A stretch of 64,000 bases of DNA from Patescibacteria group bacterium (GCA_035529635.1 DATKWJ010000022.1:1362-65361), one strand, 5' to 3'. Counted from the stretch's first letter, positions 34,486 to 43,071 are shown. Numbers and translations: made by a program. Notes: generated by a model not told the origin, from the sequence alone.

Positions 34486-34605
34486 GCCCTGGGGCTGGGG
34501 GGACTAGAGTACTAGGGACTAAAGCTTAAAATCTTAATGAGGAGAAGTTCAGTGAAAAACCGAACTATCCATCAAGAAAAGATTCCATCCCCCAGCCCGA
34601 GGGCT
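34486..34605 (+). other. GC-rich long-range inverted repeat (candidate structured RNA or atypical terminator)
   Basis: AGCCCTGGGGCTGGGGGG (34485-34502) is nearly complementary to CCCCCAGCCCGAGGGCT (34589-34605), enclosing about 85 nt. It sits between the pilB-like stop and the comEA-like start. Confidence 0.3.
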
Positions 34606-34634
34606 ATTTCCTAATAAGAAGATTCTAACAGATT

Positions 34635-35603
34635 ATGTCAGTTTTGTCAAGCCCCCGGGCCAGTCATCCGCTAAAAAGGCTGCAAATTGCCGTTTTTTTG
34701 TCTCTTCTTTATATTTGGGCCGGAACAGCAGCTGCGGAAAAAATAGACGTTAACACGGCCCCTTTGGAAAAATTGGTTAAAATCATTCATATAGGAGAAA
34801 CCAGGGCCGGAGAATTGATTTTCTTAAGGCCGTTCTCTTCCCTGGATGAACTCACCGGAATAAAAGGCATAGGCGAAGCAAGGCTGCTGGATATTAAAAA
34901 ACAAGGACTAGCCTGGGTCGCTTCTCAGTTGCCGGAATCAGAGCAGGAACAGCCAATTGGACCTGACAGCGAAAAAATTGGAGAAGAACAAATTTATCCT
35001 ACGGCTGCCATAAGGATTAACGAAATCCTCCCTTCTCCTGAAGGGTTTGACGAAACCGAAGAATGGATTGAAATTTTCAATCAGGATGATTTCGAAGTCG
35101 ACCTTTTTAAATGGCAGATAACCGACATTGCCGGCCAAACCACCACTTACACCTTTCCAGAGGAAACAAAAATTTCAGCTCAAGGATTTCTGGTTCTTGG
35201 CCGGCCTGAAAGTAAAATCATTTTAAACAATGACGGCGACGGTTTGAATCTAATCGAACCAGACGGGAGAATTATTGATTCGATCTCTTATGAAAAAGCG
35301 CCGCGGGGGCAATCGTATAATTATCAGGAAGCCGGTTGGTTCTGGAGTTCCGGCTTAACTCCCGGTTCCGCCAATATTATGCCAGTTCCGATTTCTGGAA
35401 CCGAAAAAAAAGACAAAAAAGCCGTTCCCTTGGAAAAATCTGAAGAGGTGCTGATTGATGAACCGCTCATGATTTATGATATTCGAAATGAGAACTTTCC
35501 TAAGCCTTTCTCTCCCCTGTCGATTGCCTCTGTTTTGGCGGTTTCCTCGGGTATCTCAATTTTGGTTCTTAAAAGGAAAATTAAAAAAAATTTGACCAAT
35601 TGA
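34635..35603 (+). CDS. secreted ComEA-like HhH DNA-binding domain + lamin-tail domain (LTD) protein with C-terminal TM anchor
   Basis: 322 aa with a signal peptide (..WAGTAAAEK) and ComEA HhH IDVNTAPLEKL...LTGIKGIGEARLLDI. The LTD reads IRINEILPSPEG..EWIEIFN...NNDGDGLNLIEPDG. The C-terminus is hydrophobic plus KRKIKK. Confidence 0.7.
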   Translation: MSVLSSPRASHPLKRLQIAVFLSLLYIWAGTAAAEKIDVNTAPLEKLVKIIHIGETRAGELIFLRPFSSLDELTGIKGIGEARLLDIKKQGLAWVASQLPESEQEQPIGPDSEKIGEEQIYPTAAIRINEILPSPEGFDETEEWIEIFNQDDFEVDLFKWQITDIAGQTTTYTFPEETKISAQGFLVLGRPESKIILNNDGDGLNLIEPDGRIIDSISYEKAPRGQSYNYQEAGWFWSSGLTPGSANIMPVPISGTEKKDKKAVPLEKSEEVLIDEPLMIYDIRNENFPKPFSPLSIASVLAVSSGISILVLKRKIKKNLTN

Positions 35604-35619
35604 AAAAATCAGCTAAAAT
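35592..35619 (+). promoter_or_regulatory. candidate promoter abutting the yebC start
   Basis: TTGACC (35592-35597), 16-nt spacer, TAAAAT (35614-35619), then 8 nt to the ATG at 35628. It lies within the last codons of the upstream gene. Confidence 0.4.
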
Positions 35620-35627
35620 ACAAACAT

Positions 35628-36347
35628 ATGTCAGGACATTCCCACGCCAAAAAAATAAAACACGACAAAGCGATTACGGACAAAAAGCGGGGGCAGATTT
35701 TCTCCAAGCTTTCCCAGGAAATTTCGCTTGCCGCCAAAGAAGGAATCGACCCGAATATCAACGCCAAATTGCGCCTAGTTTTGGAAAAAGCCAAAAAATG
35801 GAATATGCCGGGGGGCAATATTGAACGGGCCATAAAACGGGGCGGCGGCGGAACGGAAAGCGAAAATTTGATCGAGATCGCCTATGAAGCTTACGGACCG
35901 GGCGGCATTGCCATGATTATCACCGGCATCACCGACAATAAAAACCGGACTTTAAGTGAAATCAAACAGATTTTAAACCAATACGACGGAAAATTAGCCA
36001 GAGAAGGTTCTGTAAAGTGGCTTTTTGAGAAAAAGGGGGTAATAACCACGACTGTTGAAGATTTGCAAGATAAAGAAAAATCAGCCATGGCAGCCATTGA
36101 AGCAGGCGCCGATGACATCTATTGGGAAGAAAACGTTCTGAATATTTATACGGCGCCCGAATTACTAGAAGAAGTCAAAAAAAACTTGGAAGCGAAAAAT
36201 ATTAAAATTGATTCCGCTTCATCCGACTGGGTGACCAAAGAAACGGTTCCTGCTGACGAAAAAACCAAAGAAACCTGCCAAAAACTGTTCGACGCTCTGG
36301 ATGAGAACGATTCCGTCCAAGAAGTTTATTACAATATCGATTTATAA
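35628..36347 (+). CDS. yebC: YebC/PmpR-family transcriptional regulator
   Basis: 239 aa. MSGHSHAKKIKHDKAITDKKRGQIFSKL is the family-defining N-terminus. Confidence 0.9.
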   Translation: MSGHSHAKKIKHDKAITDKKRGQIFSKLSQEISLAAKEGIDPNINAKLRLVLEKAKKWNMPGGNIERAIKRGGGGTESENLIEIAYEAYGPGGIAMIITGITDNKNRTLSEIKQILNQYDGKLAREGSVKWLFEKKGVITTTVEDLQDKEKSAMAAIEAGADDIYWEENVLNIYTAPELLEEVKKNLEAKNIKIDSASSDWVTKETVPADEKTKETCQKLFDALDENDSVQEVYYNIDL

Positions 36348-36369
36348 ACGGAAACATCTTTATATTCGC

Positions 36370-36672
36370 ATGGCCAAAGAAGCCGAAATCAGAAAAAAAG
36401 CGATCGGTAAACTCCAAGCTGACGGCTGGATAACCTGGTTTGCGCCCAAAGTTAAATTCAAGCAAACGGATGTTTTTGGAATAATAGATTTATTGGCCCT
36501 TAAAGGGAAAAAGAAGAAAAACATCCAACTGACCACTCTATCTAACCTTTCGGCCAGAAGAAGAAAAATAACCGGCTTTCTTAAAGAAAATAAGGTTGAA
36601 ATGACGGTTGAAATCTGGGCCTGGAACGGAATGAAAAAACAGTTTAAAAAAGAAAAAATCAACGGAAAATAA
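36370..36672 (+). CDS. small hypothetical protein, possibly PD-(D/E)XK nuclease fold
   Basis: The ATG at 36370 gives 100 aa, MAKEAEIRKKAIGKLQADGWITWFAPK..TDVFGIIDLLALKGKKKKNIQLTT, which loosely resembles Hjc/VRR-NUC cores. The track start at 36301 overlaps yebC. Confidence 0.35.
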   Translation: MAKEAEIRKKAIGKLQADGWITWFAPKVKFKQTDVFGIIDLLALKGKKKKNIQLTTLSNLSARRRKITGFLKENKVEMTVEIWAWNGMKKQFKKEKINGK

Positions 36673-36693
36673 GCCGGATCTGAAATTAGAAAC

Positions 36694-36721
36694 TTGACAA
36701 AATTTTCTTGGCGAATATAAT
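36694..36721 (+). promoter_or_regulatory. consensus sigma70-type promoter
   Basis: TTGACA (36694-36699), 16-nt spacer, TATAAT (36716-36721). Both hexamers match the consensus perfectly. Confidence 0.55.
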
Positions 36722-36789
36722 TTGAATAGAACCATCCGAACGGCAATTCGTTCCGCTCGTTCGGAAAAGGTCGAACCTTAAAGTCGACG

Positions 36790-36861
36790 ATGAATAAGCT
36801 CCGTCTTAAAAACGGAGCAAATCAATTAATAATTAACGCAAAAAGGCCTAAATTAACATGA
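36790..36861 (+). CDS. candidate 23-aa basic micro-ORF
   Basis: My manual translation is MNKLRLKNGANQLIINAKRPKLT. Its TGA overlaps the next ATG (ACATGA). No SD is present and it overlaps hairpin 36798-36818. Confidence 0.2.
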   Translation: MNKLRLKNGANQLIINAKRPKLT

Positions 36862-36983
36862 TTAAAAATGAAATTTTAACCCCTTTTGTTAATCAAGAGG
36901 AAACTCCGGCAGAGACTCCAGCCGAAACTCCGGCAGAGACTCCAGCCGAAGAAACTTCGAAAGAAGAAACTCCGGCAGAATAA
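36858..36983 (+). CDS. candidate 41-aa acidic repeat peptide
   Basis: My manual translation is MIKNEILTPFVNQEETPAETPAETPAETPAEETSKEETPAE. The stop is followed directly by a terminator hairpin. Confidence 0.3.
   Translation: MIKNEILTPFVNQEETPAETPAETPAETPAEETSKEETPAE
36900..36947 (+). repeat. perfect 24-bp tandem duplication (2 copies, plus a partial third copy at 36966-36979)
   Basis: GAAACTCCGGCAGAGACTCCAGCC occurs twice back to back and encodes ETPAETPA in frame. Confidence 0.9.
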
Positions 36984-36986
36984 AAA

Positions 36987-37013
36987 AATCCCCCGTTTCA
37001 GCGGGGGATTTTT
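36987..37013. terminator. bidirectional terminator hairpin
   Basis: AAATCCCCCG-TTTCAG-CGGGGGATTT flanked by an A-run and a T-run. It lies between the micro-ORF (+) and the tyrS stop (-). Confidence 0.65.
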
Positions 37014-38208
37014 AAATTATTTTCGCGAACCTTCTTTTTCCCACCCTGATTACCAGTTCTTTTTTAATTCCGATTGTTTTCTTCCAGTCATTCTGGATTT
37101 CTTCTCCAATTTTAACGCCTTTCTGTAAAATTAACCTTTTAGCTTCTGCTTTAGAATCGGCCAATTTCGTTTTAACCAGCAAATCCAGAATATTCAGGGA
37201 TTTTTCTCTTATTTTAATTACCGGCATTTTCGAAGGCGGTTTTTTTTCTTTGAAAACCTTGTCGAACTCCTCGGCCGCCCTCTCAGCTGATTTACTCCCG
37301 TGGTAAAGGCCGACGATTTCTTGGGCCAATTTCGTTTTAAGATCGCGAGGATTTATTTTCCCAAGCTCCAAGTCTTTTTTTATTTTTTCCGTCTCCAATA
37401 AAGAAATATCTGTACAGAGTTCGAAATATTCCGGTATTAGCCCGTCTCTCATCGACATGATCTTTCCGTACATATCCTCGGGTTTATCGACAACCGTCAC
37501 TACATTCCCCCAGCTGGTTGACATTTTTCTTCCGTCCAAGCCCGAAAGCATTTTCAGAGTCATGATGTCCTGGGGCGTCTGACCGGACGTCTTTTGGATT
37601 TCCCGGCCTACCTTCAGGTTAAACAGCTGGTCGTAACCGCCGATTTCCACATCTGCTTTTACCATCAGAGAATCGTATCCCTGGAACAAAGGGTAAGTCA
37701 ATTCATGGATGCCGATCGGCTTACCCTGTTCCCATCTTTCTTTGAAATTTCTTCTTTGAATCATCTGCTGACAAGTCCAACACATAGCCAAAGAAAGCAG
37801 CTCTTTTATAGTCAATTTATCCAACCATTGGCTGTTATAACGGATTTCAACTTTTTCCATGTCCAGGATCTTAGCGATCTGTTTTTTATAATCTTTCATA
37901 TTCTCTTTGATCTCTTTGGCGGACAAAGGTTTTCTCATAGCCTGTTTATCTGAAGCATCTCCGATTTGAGCCGTGAAATCGCCGATAATCAAAACAATCT
38001 GATGGCCCAATTCCTGAAATTTTTTAAGCTTTCTGAATTGAACCGCCCGGCCGATGTGGATTTTGGGACCAGTCGGATCAACACCGTGTTTTATGCGAAG
38101 TTTCCTGCCTGATTTCAATTTTTTAAGCAGGCTTTCCTTTTCGATAATCTTTTCCACGTTTCTAGTGAGCAAATCTTCGATTTTTCGGGAATCAGTGATT
38201 ATTTTCAT
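37012..38208 (-). CDS. tyrS: tyrosyl-tRNA synthetase
   Basis: Contains a HIGH-type motif (GPKIHIGRAV), KMSKS-type KMSTSWGN and a C-terminal S4 domain. The start is ATG 38208 (MKIITDSRK); the track's 44-aa N-terminal extension overlaps the PBP promoter and is not homologous. Confidence 0.9.
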   Translation of the reverse strand: MKIITDSRKIEDLLTRNVEKIIEKESLLKKLKSGRKLRIKHGVDPTGPKIHIGRAVQFRKLKKFQELGHQIVLIIGDFTAQIGDASDKQAMRKPLSAKEIKENMKDYKKQIAKILDMEKVEIRYNSQWLDKLTIKELLSLAMCWTCQQMIQRRNFKERWEQGKPIGIHELTYPLFQGYDSLMVKADVEIGGYDQLFNLKVGREIQKTSGQTPQDIMTLKMLSGLDGRKMSTSWGNVVTVVDKPEDMYGKIMSMRDGLIPEYFELCTDISLLETEKIKKDLELGKINPRDLKTKLAQEIVGLYHGSKSAERAAEEFDKVFKEKKPPSKMPVIKIREKSLNILDLLVKTKLADSKAEAKRLILQKGVKIGEEIQNDWKKTIGIKKELVIRVGKRRFAKII

Positions 38209-38257
38209 AATCCCATCATAACAAAACTTAATAAAAAACGCTACTCTGGCAGCCAGG

Positions 38258-38286
38258 TTGAAAATTGCCTTCCGACGGGGTAAAAT
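38258..38286 (+). promoter_or_regulatory. promoter abutting the PBP1A start (leaderless-type)
   Basis: TTGAAA (38258-38263), 17-nt spacer, TAAAAT (38281-38286), then 6 nt (tagaac) to the ATG at 38293. Confidence 0.5.
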
Positions 38287-38292
38287 TAGAAC

Positions 38293-40281
38293 ATGCCCGA
38301 AAGAAAAATATACCGCAAAACCTATCGGAAAAACAGGCAAAAAGTTTTATTTTTTTCGATTCTAAAGCTGCTCTTTGCCGGCTGTCTGCTGGCGTTTTTT
38401 CTTATTCTGCTCGCTTTTGTTTTTTACGCCAAAGATCTGCCCAGGCCGGAAATTTTCACGGAAAAACATTTCGCCCAGTCGACCAAAATCTACGACCGCA
38501 CCGGCCAAACCCTGCTTTATGAGATATACAACGAAGAAAAAAGAACCATTGTCTCTTTGGAGGCGATTCCGGACTATTTGAAAAACGCGGTAATCGCCAC
38601 TGAAGACGCCAATTTTTACAATCATTTCGGCATTGATTTCGAAGGAATATTAAGATCCGTATTGATTAATCTGAAAATCGGCCAGCCGTTCGCCGGAGGG
38701 TCGACTATCCCTCAACAGCTGATAAGGTCCACTTTTTTCACTCCGGAAAAAACGATAAAACGCAAAGTAAGGGAAATAATTCTGGCTTTGGAATTGGACA
38801 GGCGTTATTCAAAAGAACAAATTCTGGAATGGTATCTGAACCAAATTCCTTTCGGTCAGAACGCTTACGGCGTGGAATCAGCCAGCCAGATTTATTTCGG
38901 CAAAACTGTTTCGGAAATCAGCACGGCAGAATCGGCAGTTTTGGCGGCTCTTATCCAATTGCCTTCTTATTTTTCTCCCTACGGAGAAAACAAAGAAAAA
39001 CTTTTAACAAGGAAAGATTACGTTTTGGAAAGAATGACTGGGGAAGGATATTTAACGGAAGAAGAAGCGAAAAAAGCCAAAGAGGAAATAATCGACTTTA
39101 AAAATCCCACGGGGATTAAAGCTCCTCATTTCGTGCTATATATAATCGAAAATTATCTTAAACCTAAGTACGGCCAAGACCTGGAATATTTGAAAGAGAA
39201 CGGAATAAAAATCTACACCTCTTTGGACTGGCCTATGCAAGAACTGGCTGAAAAACTGATAAAAGAAGGCGTTGAAAGGAATAAAATGTATAACGCTTAT
39301 AATGCCGCTCTGACGGCGATTAATCCCCAAACCGGCGAAATTTTAGCTATGGTCGGTTCAGCCGACTGGTACGCCACCAGTTCCTATCCCGAAGGGTGCG
39401 AAAATTCGAGAGAAAAATGCTTATTCGACCCGAAATTCAATATTGCCACGCAGGGAGAACGCCAGCCGGGTTCGGCCTTCAAACCTTTCGTCTATACCAC
39501 TGCTTTTGAAAAGGGTTATAACGACGAAATGAAAGTAAGCGATGAAGAAACCAACTTCGGAATCTGGGGCAATAAGAAATATTCTCCCCAAAACTACGAC
39601 GGAATGTTCCGGGGTTTAGTCAGCCTGCGGCAAAGTTTGGCCCAATCGCTGAACATACCATCAATAAAAGTTCTTTTCTTGGCCGGTTCGGATGATAAAA
39701 TGGAAAGTTTGGAAATCAATAATTTCCTCGGTCTGGAAAACATTTTTCTTAAGGGTTTGGAAAAAAGTATTGAAACAGCGAAAAAACTCGGCATAACTAC
39801 TCTGAACAGGCCGATTTCTTCTTACGGGCCGTCCATTGTTTTAGGAGGAGGAGAAGTGAAGCTTCTTGATATGACGTCGGCTTACGGAGTTTTCGCCACT
39901 AATGGCCTGACTGTCCCACCGGTTTCAATTTTAAAAATCGAAGATTACGAAGGAAACATTATCGAAGAAAATAAAAAAACCTCAAAAAGGGTTTTATCTG
40001 AAGAAATAGCCCGACTTATCACTGATATTCTATCGGATAATGAAGCCAGAACGCCTATGTTCGGACCGAGATCTCATTTGTATTTTGACGGCTACAAAGT
40101 GGCGGCGAAAACTGGGACAACCGATAATTTCAGAGATGCCTGGACAATAGGCTATACCTCTTCAATAGTAGTGGGGGTTTGGGTCGGTAATAATAACAAT
40201 ATGTCGATGACGAAGAGCCAGCCGGCAGCCACGGTTGCCGGACCTATTTTTCATAGTTTTCTCGCCGAATTTTTGAAATAA
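38293..40281 (+). CDS. class A penicillin-binding protein (glycosyltransferase + transpeptidase)
   Basis: 662 aa with an N-terminal TM helix, GT51 motifs ATEDANFYNHFGID and RKVREIILALELDRRYSKEQILEWYLN, and TP motifs SAFKP (SxxK) and KTGTT. Confidence 0.9.
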   Translation: MPERKIYRKTYRKNRQKVLFFSILKLLFAGCLLAFFLILLAFVFYAKDLPRPEIFTEKHFAQSTKIYDRTGQTLLYEIYNEEKRTIVSLEAIPDYLKNAVIATEDANFYNHFGIDFEGILRSVLINLKIGQPFAGGSTIPQQLIRSTFFTPEKTIKRKVREIILALELDRRYSKEQILEWYLNQIPFGQNAYGVESASQIYFGKTVSEISTAESAVLAALIQLPSYFSPYGENKEKLLTRKDYVLERMTGEGYLTEEEAKKAKEEIIDFKNPTGIKAPHFVLYIIENYLKPKYGQDLEYLKENGIKIYTSLDWPMQELAEKLIKEGVERNKMYNAYNAALTAINPQTGEILAMVGSADWYATSSYPEGCENSREKCLFDPKFNIATQGERQPGSAFKPFVYTTAFEKGYNDEMKVSDEETNFGIWGNKKYSPQNYDGMFRGLVSLRQSLAQSLNIPSIKVLFLAGSDDKMESLEINNFLGLENIFLKGLEKSIETAKKLGITTLNRPISSYGPSIVLGGGEVKLLDMTSAYGVFATNGLTVPPVSILKIEDYEGNIIEENKKTSKRVLSEEIARLITDILSDNEARTPMFGPRSHLYFDGYKVAAKTGTTDNFRDAWTIGYTSSIVVGVWVGNNNNMSMTKSQPAATVAGPIFHSFLAEFLK

Positions 40282-40309
40282 AAGAATCCCCGGCGCTCTT
40301 TCCGACTTA

Positions 40310-41449
40310 TTAACTATTTTTAATAGGCATCACCAAATAAAGATAATTTTCTTCGTCTTTCAGTTTTAAAACACCCGGCTTTTCCGAACCGGACAGCTGC
40401 AAAACCGCTTCCGGTTTTTTTTGAGGTAGAGAACTGATATTTAACAGGCCGTCCAACAGAAACCGGTAGTTAAAAGAAATCTCGCAGGATTTTCCTTCAA
40501 CCTTGCCGTTTATAAAACTTTGATATTCCCCGACCTCAGAATTCTGGCTGAAAAAATTAATTCTGTTTTTAGAAGAATCGATCTTCAATTTAATTTCATT
40601 AATCTTTCCGCTGAAAAGCGAGGCTAACTTGATTTGGTTAATAAATTCTTCAAGAGGAAAAACAAGACGGGTTTCGTGTTTTTTAGGGATAATTTCCTGA
40701 TAATTAGGGTAATCCCCTTCGATCAACCTCGAAATAAATTGAATTTGAGGATGGGGAATTTCAGCAAAAGAAGTTTCAAACAAAATTTGATTCGGAGAAA
40801 AATAGATCGTCAAAATTCCTTCCTTCTCGCCGAAAATATTGATAATTTCCTTAGCTGCTTTCTGAGGCAGGATTAAAGAATAATCTTTGGAAATATTGCT
40901 ATTTAAATAAATTTTCTTTTCTGCCAAACGGAAGCTGTCGGTAGCCGCCATTGTTATTAAATCTTTTTGGAAAAGAAAATATATTCCGGAAATTTCCGGT
41001 TTAGTCGAAGAAAGACTGGCAATATCCGCCACACTACTCAAACCTTTACAAAAAGGCTTGATTTGAACTTCAATTTTTTCTTCATTGGAAATTTGAGGTA
41101 TAAGAGGAAAATCTTCCGGATTAACGCCTTTTATTATTGTGTGGTGATTTTCGCATTCAATATTCAGATTAAGATCTTTTAATTCCAAATTTACCGATTT
41201 ATTTGGTAAAAAATTAATGAAACTGGATAATATTTTTGAAGAAACCGCGATTTTTCCTTCTTTTTCCGTCTTAACCAAGGCCCACCATTTTAATCCCACT
41301 TCCAAATCAGTAGCGATTAAATTTAAAAAGTTTTTTTCCACCGAAATTAAAACATTATTCAAAATCGGCAAATTTATGGATTTGGCCGAAATTTTTTCAA
41401 TTATATTAATACCTTCTTTGAATTTATCTTTTAAAATTGTAATCTTCAT
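40310..41449 (-). CDS. dnaN: DNA polymerase III beta sliding clamp
   Basis: 379 aa. MKITILKDKFKEGINIIEKISAKSINLPILNNVLI is typical, and the gene lies downstream of dnaA. Confidence 0.9.
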   Translation of the reverse strand: MKITILKDKFKEGINIIEKISAKSINLPILNNVLISVEKNFLNLIATDLEVGLKWWALVKTEKEGKIAVSSKILSSFINFLPNKSVNLELKDLNLNIECENHHTIIKGVNPEDFPLIPQISNEEKIEVQIKPFCKGLSSVADIASLSSTKPEISGIYFLFQKDLITMAATDSFRLAEKKIYLNSNISKDYSLILPQKAAKEIINIFGEKEGILTIYFSPNQILFETSFAEIPHPQIQFISRLIEGDYPNYQEIIPKKHETRLVFPLEEFINQIKLASLFSGKINEIKLKIDSSKNRINFFSQNSEVGEYQSFINGKVEGKSCEISFNYRFLLDGLLNISSLPQKKPEAVLQLSGSEKPGVLKLKDEENYLYLVMPIKNS

Positions 41450-41678
41450 TGTTTATTAATCTAATAAATAAATTATAAATTTATTGTTGATTATTAGTGG
41501 TGTTGATAATTTTTATTTAAACCGTTTTTGAATATATTTTAAAAAGTTCAAAAATATACTAAAAGAAGTTTGATTTCCTGTGGATTTTTTTAATATCTCT
41601 GTTTATCCACAATTTTCCCACGGGAAATCTTATTTTTATCCCCGGTTTCTTGATAATTTTTTTATTTTAAAATACAAA
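41450..41678. other. candidate oriC segment (dnaA-dnaN intergenic)
   Basis: 229-bp AT-rich spacer. It holds one perfect DnaA box, TTATCCACA (41603-41611), and near-matches TGTTGATAA (41501-41509), TGTTGATTA (41486-41494), TGTGGATTT (41579-41587) and TCTTGATAA (41648-41656). It also has A/T runs usable as an unwinding element. Confidence 0.55.
41603..41611 (+). promoter_or_regulatory. perfect consensus DnaA box
   Basis: TTATCCACA read directly from the sequence. Confidence 0.6.
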
Positions 41679-43028
41679 TTAAGCACTGAAAATACGTTGT
41701 TTTATCAAGTCAATTTCATCATTAAGATTTTCGTTGTTTTTCAATTCTTTGATGATTTTTTCACAAGAATGAATGACGGTGGTATGGTCTTTCCCATTGA
41801 ATTTTTTACCTATAAAAGGATAGGAACTTTTTAATAATTCCCTTAATAAAAACATAGCTATTTGGCGCGGTTTGACCACTTCTTTTTTTCTTGAAATTGA
41901 AAACATGTCTTTTTCTTTTAAATCGTAAAATTCGGATACCGCCTGAATTATTTTTTTATAATTGGCCACTTTATTTGGGGAAAGAAACAGCGTTTTTAAC
42001 AGGGATTTGGCTATTTCCAAATCGGGCGGCTGATTGTTTATTTTCTCATAAGTGATTAACCTGTTTAACGCTCCCTCAAGCTCCCTTATATTTTTTTGAA
42101 TATTGACCGCGATATAATCCAAAACTTCGTCCGAGAAATTTATTCCTTTTTCCTGAATTTTGGTTTTAAGAATGGCTATTCTTGTTTCATAATCGGGATA
42201 GCTGATGTCGCCGATCATCCCCCCTTCAAAACGTGACCTTAATCTTTCGGTCAGGGCCGGAATGGCTTTCGGCGGACGGTCCGAAGAAATGATTATTTGT
42301 TTGTTTTCTTCATACAAAGCGTTGAAAATATGGAAAAATTCTTCTTGGGTTTTTTCTTTGCCGGCCAAAAATTGGACGTCGTCTAAAATTAAAACATCGA
42401 TGGCTTTATAGGCGTTTTTAAACCGTTCGATCTCATGGTTTTTTATTGACGAAACCACGCCGGTGGTGAATTTTTCAGACGGAATATATTTTACTTTTTT
42501 CTGCGAAAAATTCTTAATTACGGCGTTACCAACGGATTGTAGAAGATGGGTTTTTCCCAAACCCACTCCACCGTAAATAAAAAGAGGGTTGTAAACCAAG
42601 CCCGGTTTTTTTGAAACCTGCCAACCTGCGGCATGAGCCAATTCATTAAAAGATCCCACTATAAAATTTTCAAAGCTGTAGCGGGGGTTAAGATTCGTTT
42701 CTTTGTCGATTTTAAACTCTTCAAATTCAAGCTGTCCTGCGCCGGAAACGGAAACAGACGGTTTTCTGATTATTTTCAACTCTGATTTGCCGACAACGTA
42801 TTTGACCTCCTTTATCTCTTTATCCAGGTTATAAAAAATCTTGAAAATGGTTTTTCCATATTTGTTTTCCAACCATTCTTTGGCAAAAGAATTGGGGGTG
42901 GAAACGATTATCTGTCCTTCTTTGTAATCGGTTATACCAGTATCCTTAAACCAGGTGGCAAAATTGGCTTGCGAAATATTTAATTGAATTTGGGCTAAAA
43001 CCGCCTGCCAAAGCTCTTCTTTTACCAT
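41679..43028 (-). CDS. dnaA: chromosomal replication initiator DnaA
   Basis: 449 aa with Walker A GGVGLGKTHLL, Walker B LILDDVQFL, sensor motifs and the C-terminal DNA-binding GKKFNGKDHTTVIHSCEKI. Confidence 0.95.
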   Translation of the reverse strand: MVKEELWQAVLAQIQLNISQANFATWFKDTGITDYKEGQIIVSTPNSFAKEWLENKYGKTIFKIFYNLDKEIKEVKYVVGKSELKIIRKPSVSVSGAGQLEFEEFKIDKETNLNPRYSFENFIVGSFNELAHAAGWQVSKKPGLVYNPLFIYGGVGLGKTHLLQSVGNAVIKNFSQKKVKYIPSEKFTTGVVSSIKNHEIERFKNAYKAIDVLILDDVQFLAGKEKTQEEFFHIFNALYEENKQIIISSDRPPKAIPALTERLRSRFEGGMIGDISYPDYETRIAILKTKIQEKGINFSDEVLDYIAVNIQKNIRELEGALNRLITYEKINNQPPDLEIAKSLLKTLFLSPNKVANYKKIIQAVSEFYDLKEKDMFSISRKKEVVKPRQIAMFLLRELLKSSYPFIGKKFNGKDHTTVIHSCEKIIKELKNNENLNDEIDLIKQRIFSA

Positions 43029-43071
43029 AGATTAATATGACTGTTATTGTCCGCTGATCGGCATTAAGCAT

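Noticed and set aside
38209-38340. A 44-aa N-terminal extension of tyrS in the track.
   Set aside because: It is hydrophobic and non-homologous, and it overlaps the PBP1A promoter and start on the other strand. TyrRS homology begins at ATG 38208.
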